Shown: one piece after another, positions 1 through 10,790 of the stretch | Position numbering within the stretch: position 1 is the first letter of the stretch | How the letters are laid out: each line of letters starts with the position of its first letter | Origin: Oikopleura dioica | Taxonomy: Eukaryota > Animalia > Chordata | NCBI GenBank assembly: GCA_907165135.1 | Contig: OU015569.1 | Coordinates: forward strand, 7,812,001 to 7,876,000 | Length of the DNA: 64,000 bases | Reading direction: 5' to 3' | Made by a program: the position numbers and the translations under genes | The notes under the pieces: model-generated | What the model was told of the DNA's origin: nothing | What the model saw: the letters and a program-made list of their open reading frames with translations, nothing else | The model's database searches: none

Positions 1-102
1 TTTTTTGTATTTTTGTTTATTTCGAGAATGGTGCTGTAAGTCACACTAAAATTGAGTGACTCATCAAACTTGTAGGTGGTTTTTTCCATAAAGGTAGGAT
101 AG

Positions 103-316
103 TTATATAACTATAATATTCTCATCATCGAGGCTAGTGAGATCGATTATTTCGCGTTGCTGACGCCTCTCGACAACCTGGAAAAATTTTAAAAATACTT
201 CAAATATGAAGACTTACCTGACCTTCTTTCCAGGCCTTAGTTTTTACGGGTACCCGGCGCTGTAATTGTATCTTCGGTGGTTTAGATACCCTTATCTTTT
301 TGGTAATCTCTTGCAT
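103..316 (-). CDS. Small two-exon orphan ORF (~57 aa), basic N-terminus, acidic IIDLT tail; 5' end uncertain
   Basis: Minus-strand ATG at 316 reads MQEITKK...KEGQ, then a canonical 40-nt GT-AG intron (178-217), then VVERRQQREIIDLTSLDDENIIVI and TAA at 103-105. No homology recognised. Confidence 0.3.
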
Positions 317-794
317 TGTACTTCTAAAAACGTTAACCTTTAACTTTTGAATGATCCAACTTGAATCTAGATATAAATTGAAAAGGTAAGGCTCAACAGT
401 GTGTTCAAGTCTCTTAAAATGTGAAAAAATATTTGTCGTTATCTAAAGTCTGGCTGCGGACGCTTTCGCGTCTTTTGTAAATAAAATAACTTTGCTTTCT
501 CACATAATAAAATTTTAAAAACAATGTTCAGCCAGCATCGTTAAATATTCCCTTGATGTTAAATCGGGAGGGCGCCCATTTTCCCTTCTTATTTCCCTTT
601 TCTTACTCATAATCCATGATTCATTACTCATTGAGTAATACTCAATGCATAATTTTATGAAGTTTTACCTGTTGCCTCAGGCAAGGTAGTCATTTTATTG
701 ATAAGAATGAGAGTTACAGAATCGGAAAAAAATTTCCTAGATTTTTCTTGTCGAAAATACGATTGGAATTTACAAGGTAAAGAATAAGTGAAAA

Positions 795-3700
795 TTAACA
801 GACAATTCGGCCTCTAATTGGAGACCAGGAGAATCGACCTTTGCAGACGAACAGTGATCTTTGAGATGAAGATCCATCGGGCCAAATGTGTGTTGGTGCT
901 TTACCATTTTTCTTGCAGGAAACGAGACATTTATTCCCCGTGCAGTTCACAACAATTTCTTCTCTTCTCACTTGAAACAATTATTAGATTTCAAAAGCTT
1001 AGAATTATTCGAACCTCCGTATTTCTCATAAATAGAGTTGAAGCAAGTTGTAGTATCCTGGACTTTAGTTGAAGCATAATCTTCAAAACCGCCTACAAGA
1101 CCAAGTCCTCTCTGAGAGCCACCTGTGCATGAAGCTTTAACTTTCTTCGGTGCGAATCCTTTTTTGCCGCACTTGATCACCATTTTATTATTTTTAGGGA
1201 GCTTTGCAGGGGTCGCTTTCATAGTTGCACCTGCATTCAAGCAAGATAAAATACATTGTGTTTTGTCACAATGAGCATCAAGACTGTTTCTATCCAGAGT
1301 ATATCGTGACAATTGGAAGATATCGCCGCATTGTGCATGTACGTGTTTTGGTAATGGTGGTGGTGGAACTGAATTTGTGACTGAAATCTACTCTGTTGAA
1401 CCATTTTATACCTTTGCAAGATATCTTTGCTGTTCGGGGGAAGAAAGAAAATTTTCCTTTCTTAGCAGCTCTACATTGAACTTCATCAATTGATGGAGCG
1501 AGGGTCTCATCATCACATTGTACTTTGCAAACTTGATTTTTCCCTACTTGGCGACAATCTCCAATCGAACCAGAGCTACCCGATTGGAAGCTGATCGATG
1601 GTGCGAATTGTCCACACTTAGTTGGTGGAGGAGCTAAAGGTTATGATAACAAACATAAAAAATTCTAACTGTCATACCCAGGCATTTGATTCCTCCAGGT
1701 GCTGATGCAGGAATGAACTTCGTGATTCGTTTGATTGTTTTACATAGAATAGTGGGTACAGACGCAGCGAGCAATGGATCAGTGCATTTTGCTGTGCATG
1801 TTTCAAATTTTCCAGTTTTAGCACATGAAATAGATCCCTCATGTCCAGGAGCAAAGTTAAATTTCGGAGCGAGGTTTCCACATAGAGTATCCTTTTTCTC
1901 GACGCATTTGATTACACCTTTTGCTGGCATGATCTTTCTCTTTTTCCCCTTCACTTGACATTTGATAATCTCAGGACCGATGAGCATTTCATTAGAATCA
2001 GTGCACGAGTTCTTACAAATGTTACTATTACAAATGCTTGATAAGGATCCTCCGCTAGATTTGATATTTTTGAATGAGCCTTCGCCAGGAATGAAATCTC
2101 CACAACTAGTTTTGACGTTGTTCGCTGTTGTTGTCGTGGTGCTGGGAGTAGTGGTCGTTGAAGTAGTAGTCGTTGTCGTGGTCGTAGTCGTGGTCGTAGT
2201 CGTGGTTGTAGTCGTTGTCGTGGTCGTAGTCGTTGTCGTGGTCGTAGTCGTGGTCGTTGTCGTGATCGTAGTCGTGGTCGTGGTCGTGGTCGTTGTCGTG
2301 GTCGTGGTCGTAGTCGTAGTCGTGGTCCTTGTCGTAGTCATAGTCGTTGATGTGGTCGTAGTCGTTGTGGAGGTTGTTGTTGTAGTTGTAGTCGAGGTTG
2401 TTGTAGAACTAGTAGTCGTAGAAGTGCTAGTCGTTTTTGTCGATTTAGTGGAGCTCGTTGTTATTGTCGTTGATGCATTGGTGCTCGCAACTGTTGTAGT
2501 TGGTGGTTCTTGAGTTGTGCTATTCGGTGTGTCTTCATCAAATTTGTTACTTTCTTCCAGGATAACAACATCGTCGAATGACTCTTCTAACAAAATTGTA
2601 GTAGTCGTTGTTGTGGTTGTGGTTGTTGTAGTGGTTGTTGTTGTAGTGGTTGTTGTTGTTGTGGTGGTTGTTGTTGTAGTGGTTGTTGTTGTGGTGGTTG
2701 TTGTCGTAGTGGTTGTTGTCGTAGTGGTTGTTGTCGTAGTGGTTGTTGTCGTAGTGGTTGTTGTCGTAGTGGTTGTTGTCGTAGTGGTTGTTGTTGTCGT
2801 TGTCGTTGTTGTCTTTGTGGTTGTGGTTGTTGTGGTTGTTGTCGTAGTGGTTGTTGTTGATGTAGTAGGGCAATCATCAGTATTGCATTTTCTTCCTTGA
2901 GCAACAGGGCCGTCTTTACAACCATCAGGATGGTTCTCCGCGAATTGGCATTCACGAATTCTTACTGATAAACCTCCGCCACATGATTGAGAGCAATCCG
3001 ACCACTCAGCCCATGATCCCCATTGAGGACAGGGGCGCACATTGCAAAGCTCTGAGTCGAGAGATGATCCTGAGCATTTTCCCTGCTCGCATTCGCGAAA
3101 TCGGAATCGGATTCCACCAATATCTCCGCAGTGCTCCGTGCATTCTTCCCACTCACCCCAATTTGACCAAATTGCTATTAATGTCGTTGTGGTAGTAGAA
3201 GTGGTTGTTGTCGTAGTTGAGGTAGTTGTCGTTGTTGTCGTAGTAGTTGATGTCGTAGTAGTTGATGTTGTTGTAGTCGATGTCGATGTTGTAGTAGTGG
3301 AAGATCGACCAATGAAACTCTCGATCCAGGATGCAGCATGCGACACTTTCGCGTAAACGCCTGGGAAGTTAGGTCTGGCACAACCAAATCCCCATGAAAC
3401 GACACCAATAAGTACAGGTGTATTTCCCTCATCAAGGCAAACCAGGGGACCGCCAGAATCGCCCTGGCAAGAATCTTTACCACCTTCGAGATGACCAGCA
3501 CAGAACATAGAGTCTTCTTTCATGAACCCTTTATAAGACTGGGGATGATTGCACACACTATTTGCAAGAATTGGAAGTTTCAGCTCATTCATTGTTTCAG
3601 CGCTCGCACCACCTTCTTGCAAGAGGCCGAAGCCTGCCGTGAAACAATCTTTGCCAAATGGAACCTGCTCGCCTAAGTCCGGGAGACAAGTTGCCTATAA

Positions 3701-6700
3701 TAAGTTTATAAAAGTCAGACGTAGAAAATGTAAACCTTTGTAGTTTTTTCAAAGAGATCATCATCGTATTCAACCATGCAAAAGTCATTCTCCAGAGTTC
3801 CCTTGTTCCATCCTGGATGCAAATTAATTGACTTCGGAATAACAGCTTCTCCTTTGATTGTTGATTTGTTAAGCCTGTTGAGCATTGTTCTCATCAAGAG
3901 GTTACGGACTGCCGGATCAGAAGTCGCATCAAGAACAGGCTGACAGCAGTGCGCAGCTGTTAATACCCAGTTCTTGGCAATAACCGTTCCTCCACATCCA
4001 ACACGATCAAAATGGACTAGAAATCAAATTAATATTTTTTTAGAAAGAAAATATTTACCTAAAAATGACCATGCTTCTTTTCGACTCTCATCAACCTCAA
4101 GACCACCAACAATTCGATCTCCGTCTCTGCCATCATCAGCTTCAACTACGCCAGATATCAGACCCTTTTCTGTTTCGACACTACTTGGCTCAAAGCCAGC
4201 GGGTACACCGGAAAATACAGGGACTACTAAATTTAGTATGGTATATTTTTAATTGTTTCGTTTTATACCTGGAAGTGATGATGTTTTCTGATCATTTATA
4301 CTTGAATCTTCATCTCCGAAACCGGCGGGCATTCCCGGTCTAACAACAGTAACGACAGGATCCATCATACTACTGCCACGAGTATCAGTTGGATCATTTT
4401 GGCTCATGGAAAATCCTGTTGGTAATCCACTTACTGCTGGCTTTAAACTCACAACGCCAATTTCTTCTCCGATTGGTTCCGCCAATAACGAGTCAAGATC
4501 AAAGTCTTTTGCTTGTACCAGGTTGACTGATGGTCGACTAACCAAGAATTCGGATTCTCTTCGTCGTCTCACGTTGAAGTTAAAAGATGGGAGTTTAAAT
4601 TGACGGAAGTTAGTATCTTCTTCCATTTTGAATCCAGATGGGAGAAGTGGCGGAGCGCTAAATCCACGTTCAAGTACGAGGTTTAAATAGGGTGTAGCCC
4701 GTTCATAATCTGAAGCAGTGAATGAATACCCAACGCCTCTTGATAACCATTGAGTTCTGACGACGGGACAAGTTCCTCCTGGGAAAATATTTGGGGACAC
4801 GTTCATTGTCTGAGCATTTGTTGTACTTGTTGTAGGTGCTTGTGTGGATGAGGTTGTTATTGGAGCTTCAGTAACTGGAGCTTCAGCATCAGGAGTAAAT
4901 GAATCAGATGAAATTTTTTCTCTTAGCCAATCTTCGTAATGCGACATTCTTGTGTAGACGCCAGGTGCATTGGGTCGAGCGCAACCGAAACCCCAGGAAA
5001 CGATTCCTTGGAGAATAGGTTCACGTCCAGGGCTAACGCAAACAAGAGGTCCACCGGAGTCACCCTGGCAAGAATCAAATCCTCCTGCCATAGTTCCGGC
5101 ACACATCATAGTTTCTCTATTGATTTGTCCGTCATATCCATCAGGTCCATTGCATAAATCATGGTCAAGTATAGCCGCCTGGATTTCTTGTAGTACAGCA
5201 CTTGATTTACCGCCTTCACTTGTTGCGCCCCAACCAGCAACGAAGCATTTTCTTCCAACTGGTGGTTCGCGAGTAGAGATACAAACAGGATCAACCTCTG
5301 GATTGTCGAGGTCAATATTTTCAGACGTTCGAAGGAGACAAATGTCGTTATTAATATTCCGATGGTCATATTCTTCATGTATGATAAATTCACTAGGCGT
5401 GAATGTTTTTTCAACTCCTTCAAACGTTGAAGTGTCGAATTCGTTGACAGTAAACGATAATAGATCAAGCGTATTTGGGAAGTCTTTGACAGCATGACAA
5501 CAGTGAGCAGCAGTCACTACCCAATTTGAATTCAGAATGGACCCTCCACAACCGATTCTATTCAATTTGACTATCCAACGCCAAGCTCCTTTGGTTGAGT
5601 CAGATCCTCCGACGATTTTATTTACTTCCAGTTTTTCACCTGCCCGGGTAAGAGGAGAGTTGCATTGTAAATCAGAAGGTAAAAGAGCCATGTTCCCAAT
5701 GGCGATATCAGATGACTCAACTGGTGCAGTAGTTCCGAAGGTATTTCTGTGTATCCAGTCTGCGAGCTTACTGACATGAGCGTAGACACCAGGAAATCCT
5801 TTACGGGCGCATCCAAATCCCCAAGAAACTATTCCAGTCAAAACAGGCTCTCCGTTGTCAACACAGATTAGTGGGCCGCCTGAATCTCCCTGACAACTAT
5901 CGAAGCCTCCTTCTAGACGGCCACAGCAGAACATAGATGGCTTTATAGCGCCTCTGTATATTTCATCTGAATTGCACACTTCTCTGTCAATCATATTCAC
6001 AGACAGTTCTTGAAGGATAGGAGACTGGTCTTCTCCTTCACCAACCGCTCCCCAACCAGCTACATAGCATCTTTGTCCATCAATGGGTTCAATTCCTTTG
6101 TTCGCTAAGCAAGCAAGATCAATGCGGTCGTCGTTGTCAAGTTGAAACGGCTGATTGAAATGGAGTAAACAGATATCAAAGTCAAGTGTTTTCGAATCGA
6201 ATCCTTCATGGATGATCATACGATCTGGAATACGTATAACTTCATCGCCACTAACATCAAACTGTTCATATTCATTGGCGATAGTCTTCAATATTTGAGC
6301 CCAATTATTATGATCTTTCACAGGATGGCAACAATGTGCAGCAGTAACCACCCAATTATCGTCGATGATTGTTCCACCGCAACCGATCGTGGGAAGTCGA
6401 ACAATCCACTTCCATTTTCCTTTTTCCGTAACCGTTCCACCAACAATTCGACTGAGAGCTTCATCGATTTCACCTTGCTTCGTTTGTTTATCAATGTTAT
6501 ATCCCTTAGTTTCCTTGTCTTTTTTATTTGTAGCGCGTTTCCTATCGAGCATGCGCGTAGTGCACTTCAAATTAGTAGGCAAAAGGGCAGGATTTGTTAT
6601 CTCAGTGTCGATATTACGTGATGTTTGTTGAAGAATCCATCTCGACATCTTAGTAACATCAGTGTAAACGCCTGGAAAGCCGGCTCTACCACATCCGAAA

Positions 6701-9547
6701 CCCCATGAGACCATTCCTCTAAGAACTGGTGTATTGTTTTCAACGCAGATCAGAGGGGATCCGGAGTCACCAAGACAGGCGTCGACTGCCCCATCCAGTG
6801 ACCCGGCGCAGAACATAGAAGCTTCGTCAAGCTCGCCATCATACATCTCTTCCTTATTACAAGTCTCACCACCAATGACAGCGACTGTTATTTGACGCAA
6901 GAAGTCGGATTGCGCCGCAGATTGCTCATCTTGAGAGCCCCATCCAGCGACGAAACATCGGCGACCATCAGGAATAACGTCAGTGTCATCAGTAGGGAGA
7001 CAAGCCGTACTGACAGAGTCGCCAGTTTTAACAAAACTGACGATGTCACGGAAGAACATAAGGCATACATCATTATTGAGAAGATCAGGATCGAATTCTG
7101 GATGAATTCTTATTTCATCGGGGACAAGTGTAAACTCGGCCAACTCAGTCATTGATCGATCCCGCTCTGCAAAAGTAACTGCTAATTTTGATAGATCGTT
7201 TCTTGACCCATGACAAACATGACCAGCAGTGAGAACCCAGTGAATGTTGAGAATTGTTGCTGAAGCTGACACGCGCTCCATTCGGGTTAGGAACGTCCAT
7301 GTTCGTCGCTCTTGAACAATTGAACCGCCAACGATACGCTGTATAAAATTCATATCATCGAAACCGTCTTCTGAAAATCGAGATACTCCAAGCTTATTCG
7401 CAAGCATTTTTTTCTTCCATTTCTTTTTCCCTCGTTTTGGAGGCTTATTCACCATATTTGCTACAGTAGATTGCTGCGTTGTCGTCGTTGTTGTCTTTGT
7501 TGGCACCATTCCGGCAAGTTTTCCTGTTGGGAGAAAGCCTTCAAGTTTTGGTGCCATTTCAGCTGGTAGACCTGCCCATTTATTCATAAGGTCAGTTTCT
7601 ACTTCAGTATTATTCATTTTCTCAGCCATTGCAACATCGTTTGTAATAGGACAAAGAAGATCCTTTGGTAATGCAGTCTGCGCGACATTTATAAATTGGG
7701 AGGATGTACTGGCAGTTGTTGGCACTTTCACACCGATCTCTTTGTGCACCCATTCAAGAGCGTGTGTAACTTTCGTGTATACTCCGGGCATTCCAGATCT
7801 TGCACAGCCGAATCCCCAAGAAACAATGCCTCTGAGCACAGGCTGATTATTCTCGTCCATACAAATCAGCGGCCCTCCAGAATCTCCTTGACATGAATCT
7901 GTACCACCACGCAAGTCTCCTGCACACATCATTGTATTTGGATTCACTCTCTTAGACAGTCCCCAACCAGAATTACAGAGTGTTGGGTCAATAGCCATAA
8001 TAGCAGCTTCCTTGAGTTCATTATTGAGTCGATTACTATCTTCATCCACTTTTCCCCAACCAGCGACGAAGCATACTTGCCCTGGCTTTAGATCTTCATC
8101 CCATGGTTTAGGCATGCAAGCTGGGGCTACTCGGTCAGAGTACGGGATATTACTGTACTTAAGAAGGCATATGTCGTTATCAAACGTTTTTGAATTCCAA
8201 TTCGGGTGAACAATTTTTAGAATTGGCCTAAGTAAGAAGTTGGCGTCAGCTGAGGTTCCGATATTGTGATCGCCAAAATTTGTCATCAATTGGCTTAGAG
8301 CAAACGGCTTACAGCAATGAGCAGCCGTCAGAACCCAATTCTTGGCGATGACTGAACCTCCACAACCGATTTGTGGAAATTGTACAATCCAGTCCCATTC
8401 ACCGTTCTTTGCAGTTTGACCGCCGACGATTCGTGTGATCCCGTCGATCGGATTCGAGCATTGAACATCGTTGGGCAAAAGTGTTCCACCAGGGGCTGCA
8501 GTTAAAGGTCTGTCAGTTGTCGTTGGTGTGATAGTTGGACGCGTTCCGGAATCAGCGGCAGCAATTAATTTTGTCTTCTCACGAATCCAGTCGAGATACC
8601 CTTGAGTATCGGTATAAATCATTGGACGATTGCTGCAGCTTTTGGTGTGGCTCATGATTCCTCTTACTACAGGCTCACTCATTCCAGTTTTGCTGTTTTT
8701 TTCTACACAAATAAGTGGTCCACCGAAATCACCAACGCAGGCGCCTGTTCCAGAACAATGAGCTGCTGTATATTTGGTGAAATTCGGATCGAATCGTGGA
8801 CAAACATTATCCGGAATAACTCTGACCAGTTTTTCTTGCAGTTTGTTTTCGAAGGAGCTACCAGACCATCCCCAGCCAGCGACAACACAATTTTGCGGTT
8901 TTTCGAGCTTCACGTCGGGCTCCGGTAGGCAAGCTATATCTGCATCAAGGACCCCATTCACAACCATGTGATGATTGTCGAAATGGAGAAGGCAAATGTT
9001 GTCGGAGTCACTATCATAGAAATTAATGACTATCTGATACCAATCATTGATCACCAATGGCCATAAAATGTGAAAAATATATCAGAACTTTTAAATTTTA
9101 AAATCAACGCTTTGTCCAACTTACGTTACTGGGTCCCAATTTTCGTGCATGATTATTTTATCTGGCCTATGAACTGTTTCAGAGTCATAATAGACGTCTG
9201 AGTCCCAGTCGTTGGCGACGGTGAACAGTTGGTCTAGAGTTTTTCCAGCGCAGCATTTCGCTGATGTCAGAACCCAGTTGGCCCCGATAATCACTCCACC
9301 GCATCGGACTCCTTCGAGATTAACAAGCCACTTGTGAGCTCCGAATTCGGCCGTTTGTCCATCAATTATTCTGATTTGCTCTCGATCAGCGACTGGTAAA
9401 TCATTCCTATTAAAAATATATCAGTAAGTACGTGTTCATCTCTAGGACTTCTTCAACTCACAAAATATTCTCCCGTCGGCACTTGAGGTTTGTCGGTAAA
9501 AGACCGCATAGAGCACCCTGGAAAAGGGCTATAAAGATCGAAATCAT
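795..9547 (-). CDS. Secreted multidomain trypsin-family polyprotease (~2800 aa estimated): signal peptide, 6 S1 protease domains, 2 TSP1 repeats, Thr-rich stalks, 5 Cys-rich C-terminal modules
   Basis: ATG at 9547 gives the signal peptide MISIFIALFQGALC. Activation sites are RIIDG (~9370), RIVGG (8430, 7335, 6447, 4113) and KIVGG (5616). TAAHC, DICLL and GDSGGP motifs recur. ORFs 4249-9057, 1634-3622, 968-1312 and 795-980 join through short GT-AG introns (e.g. 971-1014). WSNWGEW and WGSWAEW mark the TSP1 repeats. Confidence 0.9.
2140..2870 (-). repeat. Coding poly-Thr (ACN)n low-complexity tracts, including six perfect copies of a 15-bp unit
   Basis: The plus strand reads (gtN)n. TTGTCGTAGTGGTTG occurs 6 times in tandem at 2701-2790. 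It translates to ~90 near-uninterrupted Thr on the minus strand. A second tract lies at ~2140-2500 and a shorter one at ~3180-3300. Confidence 0.95.
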
Positions 9548-9599
9548 TTTGACAACGATCAGTTACTGCTCTTAGAATCTTATGATATTCGCACTGGAC

Positions 9600-9606
9600 T
9601 TTTATA
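9600..9606 (-). promoter_or_regulatory. TATA box of the polyprotease gene
   Basis: TATAAAA on the minus strand, about 53 nt upstream of the signal-peptide ATG at 9547. Confidence 0.55.
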
Positions 9607-9877
9607 CTCCAGCATAATTGACCTTTTGCGGTGGCGAGTACTATTTTTAGATTTTCCAAAGGTCATCGCATTCCAGAAGGTTGGCGCATGCGTTCCAGCA
9701 AAACGAGATTTTCCTTTGACTGGTATTTCACATGATTACGCATGCTGAGGGTCGACAATCTATCCATCTTTGTCAAAAATGCTTTACCAAGGGTCCGAAA
9801 TTCGGATTCCTAATTGCAAAGATGTTTGATGATGCTTCATATTATTTATGCAGCCTTCAATCTTTTCAACTGAAAAG

Positions 9878-10540
9878 ATCTTGTCACTGATGATTTCATA
9901 AACTTTTTGTGGGGCTGGAAATCGTAAAAACTGCAAGTGCAGTTTTCTTCAGCTCGTCAAGACGAGTCGAATGATGGGTCTAACTCCTGATAATTCTAAG
10001 GATTGACCGGTTTACCGGCTGGTTGCCGGAAAATACGTTGTCACCGGCCGTTTTTGTTCTAGAAGTGATAGATTAATGTTTGACACCGGAAATTGTTCCT
10101 TATAGTCAGTTCTCCTGCAGGCTAAAAGATGAAAGTTTTATCAATTCTCTGAAGGGAGTTATCACTAAAATACTATTTTTGGCAAAAATGGGACTAGAAA
10201 TTAGGAACGTGCAGCAACAACAAAATTTTAGTAAAAATTACTGTTTTTAGTGATAACTCTCTTCAGAGAATTGATACAACCTTCATATTTTAGCCTGCAG
10301 GAGAACTGACTATAAGGAACAATTTCCGGTGTCAAACATTAATCTATCACTTCTAGAACAAAAACGGCCGGTGACAACGTATTTTCCGGTAACCAGCCGG
10401 TAAACCGGTCAATCCTTATAATTATCAGGAGTTAGACCCATCATTCGACTCGTCTTGACCAGCTGAAAAAAACTGCACTTGCAGTTTTTTTACGATTTCC
10501 GGCCCCACAAAAAGTTTTTTGAAATCATCACTGACGAGAT
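9878..10540. mobile_element. ~660-bp foldback/palindromic non-autonomous element (MITE-like)
   Basis: Arms of ~290 bp (9878-10170 and ~10245-10540) are near-perfect reverse complements around a ~75-nt AT-rich spacer. There is no coding capacity and no clear TSD. Confidence 0.8.
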
Positions 10541-10790
10541 AATATGAAATAATTAACAAAATAAAATATTAATATTTGCATGCAATAAAAGCTTCCTGCT
10601 TTCAAAGGCCCTTTGACAAAGGGTTAACAATGGAACTGTCACACAACAATCATAGACAGAATTCTCCGAAAAGTTGGTCCACGGTGGTCATTTTTCGAGA
10701 GATGGAATGGACTCAATTTTCTGTTCTTATTTATTTTAAGTGTATGTAACATGGTTTTTGTGGCTCGGCAGTAGTGAATATGGTAGAAAC

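Noticed and set aside
1962-3356. Long poly-Val, poly-Gln and Asn/His ORFs in other frames and on the plus strand
   Set aside because: They are shadow frames of the (ACN)n Thr tracts, which lack stop codons in several frames. The Thr frame is continuous with the protease and TSP1 domains.
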